Shown here one piece after another: positions 25,860 to 40,800 of a stretch of DNA of 64,000 nt (its first letter is position 1; every line of letters begins with the position of its first letter). The notes under the pieces were generated by a model. It saw nothing but the letters and a program-made list of their open reading frames with translations. It was not told where the DNA came from and ran no database searches. Origin of the DNA: Camelus ferus (taxonomy: Eukaryota). A program made the translations under genes and the position numbers. The DNA is taken from NCBI RefSeq assembly GCF_009834535.1, contig NC_045697.1, positions 53,756,001 to 53,820,000 of the forward strand. The letters are read 5' to 3'.

Positions 25860-26522
25860 TTTATAGTGTTTCTGAGATATCACTACAAATATTTTGACAT
25901 CTCTCCCATCAAGTAATTTCCTCTCTTTTAAAGTTTAGAAAGTCTTGTTGCTGGGAGGAGAAGGCCATAGCTCAGGGGTAGTGTGTTTGCTTAGCATGCA
26001 CAAGGTCCTGGGTCTAAACTGCAGTACTGCCATTAAAATAACTAAATAAACCTATCTATCTCCCTTCCAAAAAAAAAAAGTTAAAAAACAATTTTGTACT
26101 TGTCTCACAAATGTTGCAGTCTAACCTCCAATAGTCAGTTACAAACTGCAACATATTGTCTATTTCTTCGTCTGTCTCTCTCTCTCTGTCTCTGTCCACT
26201 CCCTACTTCCCTACTCACCACGGAGCCCTGTACCACACCCAAAGTCCCCATGGTGAATGATCATTTGTGAAGAGTTCATAGATATGCCTCAGAAGTCCTA
26301 GTACTTGGCCCTCCAACAGATTGCATCTTCTCAAACCAATCACCAGATAATTACAACCCCAGCCACCACAAGACTGTAGCCACCTGAGAAACCTCCTACA
26401 ATAATCACTTAGCTGAGCCTAGACAACACCCAGAACTATAATAGATAAAAATAAAATGAGGACTGCTCTTCTAAGCCCCTACTTTTAAGGGCACTTTTTA
26501 TGCAGTAATACACCACTGGAAA
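25860..26522 (+). mobile_element. MaLR LTR (MLT1-like) interrupted by a SINE (copy at about 52460-53123)
   Basis: caaatattttgacatctctcccatc... and 3' end ttctaagcccctactttt...tgcagtaata.accactggaa. Confidence 0.55.
25953..26088 (+). mobile_element. tRNA-derived SINE resembling camelid vic-1
   Basis: A-box-like atagctcaggggtag; gcttagcatgcacaaggtcctgggt; aaataaacct; C-rich then A tail. Confidence 0.8.
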
Positions 26523-27038
26523 AATAATTATACCTTTGTAATAATATTACAATAAAGATACAGCTTAATAATGGGACATTATCAATGTTACATTTTGAAA
26601 AACTGTAACCCAAAAAGGAGACCCACCATACCAAAATGGTTAAGAGTTTGAACTCTGTACTCAGACAGCATGGATTTAAGTCCCCGAAGAACTGCCACAG
26701 ACTTGTGTGGGGTTGGGAGTGTTACTGTATCTCCCTAAGCCTCAGCTGCCCCATCAGTGAAATGCAGATAAAGTAATGGTATTAACCACTTCATGGAGTT
26801 CTTCAAAGTCTGAATATACTAACCTTGTAAAGCACTAAATGTAGTTGGTGTCTATAGTGCTATGTAATTTACATTAACTATTCTGATTTAAATGCATGGA
26901 AATACATTCATAATAATTTTAGTCCACAGGTTTATGCAGTACATTTTATGTAACATGTTTCAAATGCAAATAATGATAATAACAGCATTTCCTGTAAATA
27001 TGCAGAAACTAAATAAGGAGAAATAAATTTGTGGTACA

Positions 27039-30000
27039 GGACTGTGCCAAGATGCCAGAGTAGGCGGACATGGTGCTCACGATCCTCACAAACACATCAA
27101 AAATACATCTTCACGTGGAACAGCTGTCACAGAAAACTGTAAACTGACAGAACTACGAAAACAAAGCTACAAGAAAGAGTTCCCTGTAACCAGGCACGAT
27201 GGAAAAAAAGTAAAGGGGCAAGATGGTGAAGCGATAGGACCATGAGCTCGTCTCTCCTTGCAACTACAACAAAACCACAAATGACTGCTAAACAACCATC
27301 AAAAAAAAAAAAAAAGAGTGGAATCTAGCGAAAAAAAAAAAAAAAACTTTTTCAACTCTAAACATAAAGAGGGAACCACAGTGGGATGGTAGGAGGGGCA
27401 TGCTTCCAATATTATCAGGCTCCATACCCCTGGGTTGAGTGACCCACAAGCTGAAAGACGATTAAGTTGCAGGGGCGCACCCACAGGAGTGAGACTTCTC
27501 AGCCCCACATCAGACTCCCCAGCCCAGGGTTCCAGCATTGAGAGGAGGAGGAGATCCCAGGACATCTGGTTTTCAAGGCCAGTGGGGCTTAGCTCCAGGA
27601 GCATCATGGGACTAGGGGGAAACAGAGACTTCATTCTCTAGGGAATAGAACACAGAATCTCACGTGTGCCAGGTCCAAGGGCAGAGGCAGTGATTTCATA
27701 AGAACCTGGGACAGACCTGTCTGCTGGTTTTGGAAGGACTCCTGGGGATGTAGGGGAAAGCTGTGGCTCACCTAGGGGACATAAAAGCTGGTGCTGGACA
27801 TTACAGGAGTGTTCATCTGCATGAGCTTTCCTGGAGGCTGGTATCATTATTGGATCACTAGCACCAAGAACTAGCCCCACCCAACAGCCTGTAGGGAAAC
27901 CTCAAGCCAAAAAACATACTGGGTGGGAACACAGCGCACCCATCAGCAGACTTCCTAACCCCACAAACACCTCTAGACAGGGCCCTACCCACCAGAGGTC
28001 CAGAACCAAGCTGCACCCAGCAGTGGGCAGACACTAACTCCTCCTGCCAGGAAACCTGCATAAGCCTCTAGTTCCTCCCTCATCCACCAGGGGGCAGGTA
28101 CCAGAAATAAAAAAACAATCCCAAAGCTTGTGGAAGGAATCCACAAACACAGGCCAGACTCTACACTGGGACCAGCTGGACCCTGGCCCTTGAGTAACAA
28201 GAGAGGAGTGTACCGCTGGGATGCATAGCACATCTCCTACAGAGGGCCACCTCTCCAAGGTCTACAAATGTAACTGACCTACCTAAAAACACAAATAGAA
28301 AGACAGACAATATGACATGGCAAAAGAATACTGCCCAGACCAAGGCACAAGATAAAATCTCAGAAGAAATAAGTGATGAGTTGTGGGAGCCCATGACTGG
28401 GTTAACAAACTGTAATAATCCCAGTCACTTACCTCCTTAAAGAAGATGTGCTTAGTACCTGCCTTGAGGTTTTAGCAATGACCCAGGCCCCCAGCTATAA
28501 ACGCTGGGCATGCCTGGTGTTAGTCTTCTATCCCCAAAACAGCCTTGGGCTGGAATGGTAAACAACTTATAGAAAGCTGCAGACTCAGAGGTGAGAAGGC
28601 TGGTTAGCCAATGACAGGTAAGACCCCCTGAGGGGGCAACCTAAGACAGGCACAGCCACCTGAGTCCAAGAAAATCTTGTCAAGCAAGCTGATTCTCATA
28701 CGTTCCGCCCTGATAAGCTGAAAGGCTCAACACGATTATGATTCACCAAAAAGGGTCTTCTGACCTTGAGCCAAACACCAACAATAAACAAAGCCTTTGT
28801 ACTCATTGTGATCCTACCCTGTACTTCCCTAAATTCCTGCTTCAACTGTACTCAGTAAATATGAGAGATTTGAGAGGCTTGTGGAGTTGGCTCCCGACTC
28901 CCTCTCGCTCTCTTGACATTTCCCCAGAGTCTTGAGTAATTCATTCCGTCTCGGTGGGACTTCTGCTGGCCAGAACCCACAAATGGTGACGAACCCACAA
29001 TGAGAAGAAGGCAATTTATCTGAGGAAGGAGTTTAAAGTACTGATGGCAAAGATGTTCAGAGAGCTCAAGAGGTGTACAGATGCACAGAGGGAGTTTTTT
29101 AGCAAAGACTTGGAAAATACAAAGAATACCCAAACACAGTTGAAGGATAAAATCACTGAAATGAAAAACACACTAGAAGGAAACAAGAATAGACTAAATG
29201 AAGTATAAAAATGGATCAGTGACCTACCAGACAGATTAGTGGAAATTACTACAGCACAACAGAAAAAAAAGAAAAGAAAAGAAAGGAAGATAATTTAAGA
29301 GAACTCTGGGACAATGTGAAGCACACTAATTTTCACGTTACAAGAGTCCCAGAAAGAGAAGAGAGAGAGAAAGGACCTGAGGAAATTTCTGGAGAGATAA
29401 TCACTGAAAACTCCCCCAACTTGGGAAAGGAAACAGTCATCCAAGTCCAGGAAGCTCAGAGAGTACCACACAGGATCAACCCAAAGAGGAACACACCAAA
29501 GCACACAGTCATCAAATTGATAAAAATTAAGGATAAGGAGAAAATATTAAATTAGCAAGAGAAAAGCAAACAATAACATACAAGGGAACTCCCATAAGGT
29601 TATCAGCTGATTTTTCAGCATAAACATGACAGGCCAGAAGGGAGTGGCACAATATATTTAGAGTGATAAAAGGGAAAAACTTGCAACCAAGAATACTCTA
29701 TCCTGCAAGGCTCTCATTTACATTTGATGGAGAAATCAAAAGCTTCACAGGTAAATAAAAGCTAAAAGAATTCAGCACCACCAAACCAGCTATACAACAA
29801 ATATTAAAGGAACTTCTCTAGTCATCAAACCATAGAAAACAGAACAAAAAGAAGAAAGATTTAAAAAAAAAAAAAACCTACAAAAGATTGCTTTGGCAGT
29901 TCCAAGGCTTTTGTGGTTCCATAATATACTGTATATGTGCAGTCAAATTTGTAACAATTCTATATAATAAAATTGAAAAATGAAAACCGGAAGGTAAAGG

Positions 30001-33000
30001 GTTGGGACTTTGCCCCTTGGAAGGATCTGGAAGAAAGAGAAGTTCCTCACAGGTGGACCTTCACCCCTGGGGAGATAATGAGCAGAGCTACAGACTGGGC
30101 ACCTCAGTCCTGGTCTTATACAGAGGAAACAAGTGTCTTGGATGCTGGGGAACTACTTAGACAAATAGCAGGGCTGGAGAATCCATCAATCCACTCTCAA
30201 AAAATGCACATGTGCTGGCTAGCAAAAAAAAAAAAAAAAGTAAGGTCAGACTCTACAGTGGCAGCTGTTGCCTTGCCAAAATTCCAAATCTGAGAGGGGC
30301 AACTATCCACCCTGTTCATTCCACACCATAGATTGACACAAGATCTGGAATAGCTGGACCCTGAAAAAAGACTCAGTCTAGCTGTGCAGAGAATGCTTGG
30401 GCCTTGAGTGTCGTCTGGCTGCGGAGGCCGTTTCCAATGCTGTTGCTTATTAGCCAGCGTTACAAGAGTCACAGGGACCAGCAAATGACAGTCCATCTAC
30501 CAGCTGAACAAGTGCTCTGGCCCTACCTCTTCCACATCACAGTTTTGCAATACATCTGGTACAACCACAACAAGGTGAGGGACACAAATCAGGGCTGCAC
30601 CTGAGCAGAGCCAAAGATGCCTACACACGTGGTATATCTTGACATCTGTGAGCACACAGGCCTTGCTTGCTTCAGCACTCCCTGCCCTTGGGGCAAGGAA
30701 CACTATTAAAGAGAAAGGCCCTGACTGTGCCCGAATCTCTAGGCTTCAACTCCAACAACTGTGGAGCAGGTACTACCCCTGACAGGGTGGTGATAGTCAT
30801 GGAGCAGAGAGCAGTCTCACCCCTGCCCAGGTTTTAGACACTCCAATAGCCACAACACCCCCTATTAAACTGATAATGGCCAGCACAAACTAATGAAAGA
30901 TGTAGCTGACTATCATTTCCAAATGAGAGCTCACACCAAAGACATTGGAAACATACGGTTTACACAGGGATGCTCCCACATAAAAATACCCCTTTGAGAT
31001 CACAATACAGAGTTTCTCCTAAACTCACAGAGGCAGAGAAAGTTAGCTGAAATGAAGAAATAGGGGCTACTACTTCCAATTCAAAGAGTAAGAGAAATCC
31101 CCTTAAAGAATAAATAATGACACAGGAACACAAGTCTACAGACCCTGATTTCAAAAAGGAGGTAATAAAAGTCTAAGTGAATTCAGAATAATTTTAGATA
31201 TAAATAGAGATCACTGTAACAAATGGATAGAAATTATGATAATCAACTGAAAAATAGGTAATTCAATTTCTGAATAAAAATCAATCTAGAAGCAATGAAC
31301 ATCTGACTAAAATACACAGAACAATGAATAGGTGATCTGGAAGATAGAATAATGGAAATCACCCAATTGGAACAGCACACAGAAAAACAATTTTAAAAAA
31401 TGAAAGCAACATAAGAGATCAATAGGAATATATAAAAGCACCTAAAAATATAAAGCAAACACTAATAGAAATTAAGGCAGAAATTGACAGGAACACAGTA
31501 ATAGAAGATTTATAACAGCCCACTGACATCAATAGACAGATTGCCTAGACAGAAAACCCATAATGCAGCAGAGGTCCTAAACACACAGTAGAACACTAGG
31601 ACTAATATCTACAGAACACCACTTCCAAAAAAGCAGAACACAGATGCTTTTCAGGCACATATGGAAGATTCTCTAGGAGACACCACAGAGTAGGTCACAA
31701 AAACAAACCTCAAGAAATTAAGGAGGATAGAAATTACATCAAGCATTTATTAAACCACAATGGTATGAAACTAGAAATCAGCTACAGAAAAGAAACAGAC
31801 TAAAAGAATGAACACATTGAGGCTAAAAACATGATACTTAACAATGGGTCAATGATAAATCAAAGAAGACTTAAGAAAATATCACAAGACAAATGGAAAT
31901 GAAAACCCAACTTTACAAATCTATGGTATGAAGCAAAAGCAGTTCTAAGAGGGAAGTCATAGCAATGCAGGCCTTCCTCAAAAAATGATATGATTTAATC
32001 TACTACCTACAAGAAAAAGAAAAAGAAGAACAAAGACCAAACATGGCAGATGGAATGAATTAATAAAGATGAGAGAGAAAGTAAATAAAATGGACATTAA
32101 AAAATCATTAGAAAAGATAAAAAAAGGGAATCATTTTAAAAGATAAACAAAACTGACAAAACATCAATTGTGCTCAAAAAGAAGAGAGAAGACCCAAATA
32201 AACAAGATAACAAGTGAAAGAAAAAGAATACAACCCAATACCACTGAGATAACAAAAAAATCATAAGAGAATCTATGAATAGTTATATGCCAACCATTGG
32301 ACAACCTAGAAGAAATGGATGAACTTTTAGAAATACACCTACTTGACGAGACTAAATAAAGAAGAAAGGGTTCAATTTGAACAGAGTGATCACCAGAAGT
32401 GCAATAGATTCTGTAACTTAAAAAAGACAAAATTTGCCTGTAAACAAAAGTCCAGAACAGGGACTTCAACCAAACATATAAAGAAGAACTTATACTTATC
32501 CTTCTCAAACTATTCCAAGAAATTAAAGATGATAGAATACCCCAAATTCACTTTACAAAGCAACAATTAGCCTGATATCATAACCAAATACATTACAAAA
32601 AACTACAGGCCAGTATTTTTTATGAATATATATGCAAAATCCTCACAAAATATTAGCCAACAAAATCCAAAAATACATTAAAATAACCATTCACCTGATC
32701 AAGTTACAATTATTTTAGGGTCACAAGGATGGTTCAACAGAGGCAAATCAACCAGTGTGATACTGCTGTCAACAAAAGGAAACTCAAAAACTACATGATC
32801 GTCTCAATAAAATAAGATTTGATAAAAACATACATGATAAAAACTCTCATCAAAGTGGGATATAGAGGGAATATATCTCAATGTAATAAAGGCCATTTAT
32901 GACATACCAACAACCAACAACCACATAATACTCAACAGTGAAAATCTGGAAGACTTCCCACAAAATTCAGGTACTAGACAAGAATTCCCACTCTCACAGC

Positions 33001-35042
33001 CTCATTTAACGTGGGATGCTATGGTTCTAGCCACAGCAATCAGACAATAAAAAGAAAGAAAGTTATCCAAAATATAAGGTAAGAGGTTAAACTGTCACTA
33101 TGTGCAGATGACATGATACTCTACGTAGAGAATCCGAAAGTCTCCACACAAAAACTGTTAGAACTAGGAAATGAATTCAGTAAAGTGGCAGGATACAAGA
33201 TTATATACAAAAATCTATTGCATTTCTACACACTAATAATAAAACATAAGAAAGACAAAGAAAAAGCAATCTCATTTAACAATTATATCAAATAATAAAA
33301 TCAAATAAACTATCTAGGAATCAACTTAACCACAAAGTGGAAGGCCTATACACTGAAAACTATAAACACTGATGAAGGAAACTGAAAGATAATTCAAAGA
33401 AATGGGAAGATATCTCTTGCTCTTAGATTGGGAGAATTAATAATGTTAAAATAGCCATACTACTCAAAGCAATCTACAGTTTGTATGCAATCCCCACCAA
33501 AATTCCAGGATATGTTTCATAGAACTAGAACAAATAATACTAAAATTTACATGGACCACAAAAGACCTCCAATGGCAAAACATTCTGGAGAACAAAGAAC
33601 GAAAAAGGTGATATAACCCCTTCTTGTCATCAGTCCAAAACTGCAAAGCAATAGTATGAAAACAGTGTGGTACTGGCATAAAAACAGACACATAGATCAA
33701 TAAAAAGAATAGATGGCCCAAAAATAAACGCATGCACCTACGGTCAATCTATGACAAAGGAGGCAAGAATAGACAAAAGAGAGAAGAGTCTATTCAACAA
33801 ATGGTGATGAAAAAAATGGACGGCCACATTAAAAACAATGATATAAGAACATTCCATCACGTCAAATACAAAAAATAACCACAAATTGGTTTAAAGACCT
33901 AAATATAAGTCTTGACAACATGAAACATCTAGAAGAAAACATAGTCAAATCTTTGGCAAAAATCATAGCAAAAGTTTTCTTAGGTTAGTCCCCCAAAGGG
34001 GGAAAAAATAAAAGCAAAGTAAGCAAATGAGGCCTAATGAAACTTAGAAGTTTTGAACAGCAAAGGAACCGTGGACAAAATGAAAACACAACCTGTGGGA
34101 TGCAAGCAAATAGTTACTAATGATGCGAACAAAAGGAGTTATTCAAGTACACAAACAGCTCATACAACTGAATAGCAAAAAACAATCCAATCAAAAAATG
34201 AGCAGAAGACCTGAATAGACATTTTTCTAAAGATGACATATACGTCTGACAATCACATGAAAATGTGAAAAACACTGTTAATTATTAGACAAATGCAAAT
34301 GTGCAGAAAAGGAATACCTCATACACTGTTGCTGGAAATACAAATTGATGCAACCACTATGGAAAATTTATGGAGGTTCCTTAAAAACTGAAAATACAAC
34401 TGCCACAAGATCCAAAAACTCCATTCTTGGGTATATATATGAAAAAATCAAAAACTGTATTTCAAAAAATTACATGAATTGCAATGTTCATAGCAGCACT
34501 AATTACAATAACCAAAACATGGAAGCAATCCAAATGCACATCAACAGACGATAGTCTTAAGAATTCATGATGTATGTGTACCAAGGATTATTACTCAGCT
34601 GTAAGAAAGAATGAAATATTGCCTTTGGGAGCAACATGGATAGATCTAGAGAAAATTTGGCTTAGTGAAATAAGTCAGACAAATGTAAATATGCTTTAAG
34701 TTATCAATTAAATGTTAAGTCTAAAAACTAAAACTATATACAAAACAGAAACAGATTCAGGAAATAGACAATAATGTATGCTTACCAAAAAGGATGAATG
34801 GACAAATTAGGGGTATGTGGTAACAAAGTACTATGCATAAATAGATAAAAAACAAGATTTATCATGGACCATGGGGAACTATTTCCAATATCTTATAATA
34901 ACCAGTAATGGAATATAATATAACAAAACACTGAATAAATATGCTGTAACTTGAAACTGAGAACAAAATTGTATATCAGGTATACTTCAACGCAAGCAAG
35001 TAAATGAATGACTGAAAATTTAATTAATTAATTAATTAATTA
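27039..35042 (+). mobile_element. L1-A, unit 2 copy, containing the HAL1-like element (27218-29986) and solo LTR (28382-28999)
   Basis: Duplicate of 412-8419. Confidence 0.85.
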
Positions 35043-36057
35043 ATAAAATTATGTTACAAACTAGGGGCTGAAGCCCACTGTCCAGGACCCAAGGAGTGAG
35101 GTGCAGAGTAGCAGCACCTGTTCTCAGTAATGGCCTGTTAAAAGCCCCCTGTCAGGACCCAGGGGGTGGGGTGCAGACCAGCAGCAGTGTGGCCCTGGTA
35201 ACGGTGGGGCATAGCGCTGGCTGAAGACCCAGGGTGAGGAGCAGAGCGCAGCCCTGCGGCCCCAGCAATGAGAGCTTAAAGCCCTGACCTCAGGACTCAC
35301 GGAAGGTGCGTACAGCAGCAGCAGCTCAGCCCTAGGGAGTGGCCAGTCAGAGCCACAAGTAGGAATCCAGGGTGGAGGTCCGAAGCAGTAGCAGCAGGGC
35401 CACATTTATGGCAGGACGCAACCCTGACTCGGAACCTGGGGCTCGGCGCACAGCAGCAGCTCCAGTCACACAGATGGCAAGGCCCGGTGGTAACTCCATC
35501 AGGGAGAGCAGGTTACAGGAGGGATGGGGCCCCAGGGTCAGGTCACACCACAGCGACATTTCCAGCCTCAGGAATGACGCAGAAGCAGGGACTCTGGGCA
35601 GCTCTGTCAGCTGGAATCTGTGTTGGTGAAGATCTTGGAAGTCCTCGGTGTCAAAGGCCACAAACACCTAGGGTGGAGAGGCTTGCTGGGGTCCTCCTGG
35701 TCTCTTCTTCCCCAGGGGGTGAAATGCCTTCAGGGCATCTCTGCTGTGACAGGCTGCTCTGAACTGGGGGATGAGGCGAGGTAGGTAAAGTCTTTCCTGT
35801 GCTTTCTACATGGCCATCGTCAGTTTTGTATTCTGCAGGGATTCTGCTGCCTCTTCATTGTAGTCCAGAGATTTCCCAAAGTAATTCACATTGGTTGCCC
35901 TTGCTCATTTACAGTTTCTGCTGTTCTTGTGGAATACAAGTATTGGACTTTCTAACGTAACCCTCCATCTTGCTGATATCACTGTATCTAAATTCTGCAT
36001 CAAGGAGACTGCAGACAAAAGAGCCTTTCGCTTCCTATTGTTCTCCATCAATCTTAT

Positions 36058-36277
36058 TACTTACATAATACAGCTGACTTGCATGTGCAAGGTCATCGAC
36101 ATTTAGAGGGGTGACAGCACTGACAACACAACAGTAAACCACTGTAGAAACACCAAGTGTTCTACACTTTGCCCTTTCACTTGATTTCCACAGCTGCTGA
36201 CTACTCATATAATGTACTAGTAGAGATTTAGAAGTTGTATTTTAACTTCCAGATTGATTTCTCCTTCGATATAAGCA
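36058..36277 (+). promoter_or_regulatory. UGT2B proximal promoter, copy 2
   Basis: Duplicate of 9430-9650; HNF1-like site at 36234-36246. Confidence 0.65.
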
Positions 36278-36331
36278 TGAGCGATAGCAAAAGAATACAA
36301 TAATCTTTTAACAGCATTGCATCTGAACAAG

Positions 36332-37050
36332 ATGTCTCTGAAATGGATCTCACTTCTGCTGCTGCTGCTGCAGCTGAATTGCTTCTTTAGCTCTGGGAGT
36401 TGTGGGAAGGTGCTGGTGTGGCCAGTGGAATATAGTCATTGGATTAATATGAAGACAATTCTGGATGAACTTGTCATGAAGGGTCATGAGGTGACTGTCC
36501 TGACATCTCAAGCTTCTGTTCTGATTGATCCCAGCAAACCATCTGCTATTAAATTTGAGATTTTCCCAACACTCTTAACCAAACATGATTTTGAGAATAC
36601 CATTGAGCATATGCTCAATAATGGACATATATGGCAAAAGATTCGGTTTTGGACTATTTTCAACGTGCAAAGTATCTTTCGCGAATATTCTGATATGCAA
36701 ATCAAGGTCTGTAAAGATCTTGTTCCAACAAGAAACTTATGACAAAACTACATGAATCAAGGTTTGACGTCGTTCTTGCAGATGCCATTGGGCCCTGTGG
36801 TGAGCTGCTGGCTGAGATACTTCAAATCCCGTTAGTGTACAGTCTCCGCTTCTCTCCGGGCTTTGCACTGGAGAAGTATGGTGGAAAACTTCCACTCCCA
36901 CCATCCTACGTACCGGTTATCATGTCAGAATTAGGTGATCAAATGACATTCATGGAGAGGGTGAAAAAATGATGTACGTACTTTATTTTGACTTTTGGTT
37001 TCAGACATTTAATGAGAAGAATTGGAATCAGTTTTACAGTGAAGTACTAG
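36332..37050 (+). CDS. UGT2B: UGT2B copy 2, exon 1 (frameshifted as assembled; probably consensus errors)
   Basis: Near-identical to 9705-10428 but 719 nt: six 1-bp deletions and one 1-bp insertion, mostly at 36620-36730 and about 36969. Confidence 0.85.
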
Positions 37051-37660
37051 GTAAGTCATGTTTCACTTGGTGGCATGAAGTCCTAACTTTTTAGTGCCTT
37101 GGGAGATGAAATCGTATAAATCAAAGTCACAGAAATTTATGTTCTATAAATTTGAACATGAAATGATGAAATGAAAATATAAAATTCGGCCTCAGTTTCA
37201 TAATAAACATGGAAACATTAAGTTACAGGGCAAGGCATGACCCTGTGGCCCATTACTAGTGCAGCACACTCCGAAAAGTCATGAAACACAAATTGAAGCA
37301 CTTAAGACATCTCCAAGCAATTATGTAATCCATCTTACTAAACTTCATTTTCTAACTTAAAAAAGGTCACTAGAAACCTCCTAAAATATCCTGAAAAAAA
37401 AACATGTAGATTTAAGAGCTATGTGCATATTCATACCACAAGTATCTGGATAGCATTTAGAAATACTTTCTACTTGTGTAGCACAGTTTCCGTGTTACAG
37501 CATAGTACAGATAATTAAAAATAGATTTGCTTTATCAAAAATAGACACATCTTTGGCTACATCCTTCCAGGTTCCATTTCAGAAATTATCTAACATTTTC
37601 ACATGATAGTATTGCATTTAATCTAACATTTGTTCTTTTTGTTCTCATTTTTCCTTTAAG

Positions 37661-37808
37661 GAAGACCCACTACATTATGGAGACAATTGGGAAAGCTGAC
37701 ATGTGGCTCATTCGAACCTTTTGGGATTTTGAATTCCCTCGCCCACTGCTACCAAATTTTGAATTTGTTGGAGGCCTCCACTGCAAACCTGCCAAACCTC
37801 TGCCTAAG
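37661..37808 (+). CDS. UGT2B: UGT2B copy 2, exon 2 (1-bp deletion as assembled)
   Basis: 148 nt; TACATTATGG versus TACATTACTGG in copy 1. Confidence 0.85.
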
Positions 37809-40800
37809 GTCACCTATTCCTGTGTGTTTTGTTTTTGTTACTTTTGCATTTTCAAGAGGAATACTTATGCATTCTTTGTTTAGAGTGATTAATACAGCAG
37901 AGAAATGTGCGTAGCTGGATAAACTGACTTGCTTATTAGAAACACATACATTTCTATACCAACACAAATATCTGAATTTCATTATCATTACAGAACAAAT
38001 TGGGATGATTTGAAACTTTGTTAAACTACAGCCTTCATTATTCAACATATAATAACGCATCAGACAGTCATTAAAAGAATAATTATGAAGGGTCTAGCAT
38101 CTTCCAGAAGTGAGTGCTCATATGCAGAGAAATAGTATAGACCCAGTTTCTGCTACTTGACAGTCCACCTGAAAAGACAGAATACAGGCAAGTCATAAAC
38201 ACTGTGTGAAGAGGGTTACAATAAGGAAAGACCACAATGCTAAGGAAACATTCACAGAAATCATAGAAAGTATCTCTGATTCTTTGATAATTAAGGTGAG
38301 ATCTGAACATGTGCAGGAATAAGCAGAAGGGGTAGGTCAGGGGTGGAGGAAGATGCAAAAGACAGCCAGGCAGAGTAGTTAGTGACACTTCCGAAGAAGT
38401 CCAAGTTTAGTCTGAAAAGGAAGAGGCTGAGTAAAGACGCAGATGGTGCTGGAGAGTTAAGTTGGAGACAGACATTCTAAGGAGTTTGAAGCATTGAGTA
38501 AGACATTAGGGAGAAAATAAGAAGGTTAAGCACGGAAGAGGTACGATCACATTTTTAAAGAAAACAGCCAATGTACTGACTGGGTTGGTATAAAGGGGTA
38601 AGAGTGCAAAGGGAGACCATTTCGCAGGTTGCTGAGAGATACAGGCAACAATGCTGAAAAAGTAGACTACAGTGTTCATATAGACATGACCACGCTGACT
38701 CATGGTAAAAGTACCAACCTCATAAAGTTGTAGTGGGGATAAAATTGTTAGTACACATGGAACATCCAAAATGTCTGGCACACACTGATCCAGAAGAAAT
38801 ATGACTATTGTCATTATTGTTATTTTGTTACTATTACCTACTAAAAATAAACCAACATGTGCCAGCCACCTAGATCTAATTCTAATGAATAGAACTGGTT
38901 TTCCAAACACAAGATTATATCCTCTAGCAAATTCCAAGAGAGTAGATACTCCATGGAGGGCTTGAAAACTAAATTTTAAAAATTTAATTAAAAAATTAAG
39001 TTAATAACAGTAACTTAGTAAAAACTTAAATAAAATGTAATTAATAAATTAATTAAGAATGTTTTAATGTTAAGAGTTTTTAAGGTTTTGGCAATCTGAT
39101 GAGCAAGACGACAGGCTAAAATTTTTTTCTAAGGATTGAGGCACTTCACCAGGGCTCTAGCTAAAAAGATCATTCCTCAAAAATACAAATGCATGCTCTA
39201 ACAATTTTTGCAGCCAAATCCAAAATTTCTTCCTTTCACAGCAGCATTTCAGCTATTCCTCATTTGAAATCTGAAATTTTATATCTTACAGCATAGAGAC
39301 ATAACTTAGTTTATTAGGGCAGGTGTTTTCTGCCTTAACTAACCCTATAGAAGACGTCAGTACAGCACTCTCAAGAATGTAGGTCTCAACCTTGTAGCTG
39401 CTGACAGAATGAGCACAGAGAAAATGTACACTGAGTATACAAGCACCATAAATTCTGGACATAAATAACAAAGAGCAAATAATTTCTACACTGGAATCTG
39501 AAAACTTCCCATTGTGAAATTACAAAAAATTCTTTCAGTTTATAGGATGCTATTCCTTATGAAAGGAAGTAAGAATCTAATCTGTTTTACATTAATATGA
39601 TGTTTTAAATGAATTTAAGACATTAATAGGAGGCAAGCAATCTTTAGCAAACTATTTGTGACCTTAGGACATCCTTATTATTTTTTATTGGTGGAAAAAT
39701 TAAACTGATATCTTTTTCAATGGTAAAAATATACCTTTGGACTGCAAATTCTTTTTTTAACATTTTTTATTGAATTATAGTCATTTTAAAATGTGTGTCA
39801 AATTCCAGTGTAGAGTACAATTTTTCAGTATATACATGAACATGCATATATTCATTGTCACATTTTTTTTTTGCTGTGAGCTACAATGAGATCTTGTACA
39901 TATTACCCTGTGCTATACAGTATAATTTTGTTTATCTATTCTGCATACTCCTGTCAGTATCAACAAATTTTGAAATCCGAGTCTGTCCCTTCCCCCTCCT
40001 TAGCCCCCTTGGCAACCACAAGTTTGAACACTGTGTCTATGAGTCTGTTTCTGTTTTGTATATTATGTTGTTTTTCTTTTTCTTTTTTTAGATTCCACAT
40101 ATGAATGATATATGGTATTTTTCTTTCTCTTTCTGGCTTACCTCACTTAGCATGACATTCTCCACGGACATCCATGTTGCTGCAAATGGCATTGTGTTGT
40201 CATTTTTTATTGCTGAATAGTGTTCAGTTGTAGAAATATACCACATCTTCTTTATCCAGTCATCTGTTCATGGACATTTAGGCTCTTTCCATGTCTTGGC
40301 TATTGTAAACTGTGCTGGCTATGAACACTGAGGTGGCAGGTGTCTTTTTGAAGTAGGGTTCCTTCTGGATATATGCCCAGGAGCGGGATTCCTGGGTCAT
40401 ATGGTAAATCTATTCCTAGTCTTTACTTCAAAATGACACCTGCACCCCAATGTTCATAGCAGCACTATTTACAATAGCCAAGACTTGGAAACAGACTAAA
40501 TGTCCATCAACAGATGACCGAGTAAGAAGATGTGGTATATTTATATGATGAAATACTATTCAGGCCATAAAAACCGACAACATAACGCCATTTGCAGCAA
40601 CATAGAGTTTCCTGGAGAAGGTCATTCTAAGTGAAGTAAGCCAGAAAGAGAAAAAAAATACCATATGGTATTCACTCATATGAGGAATCTAAAAACAAAC
40701 AAACATAAATACAAAATAGAAACAGACTCATAGACAGAATACAAACTTGTGGTTGCCAAGGGGGCAGGGGGTGGGAGGGACAGACTGGGATTTTAAAATG

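Noticed and set aside
25953..26030. Possible tRNA-Ala gene
   Set aside because: The degenerate B-box and acceptor stem plus the SINE body and A tail indicate a tRNA-derived SINE.
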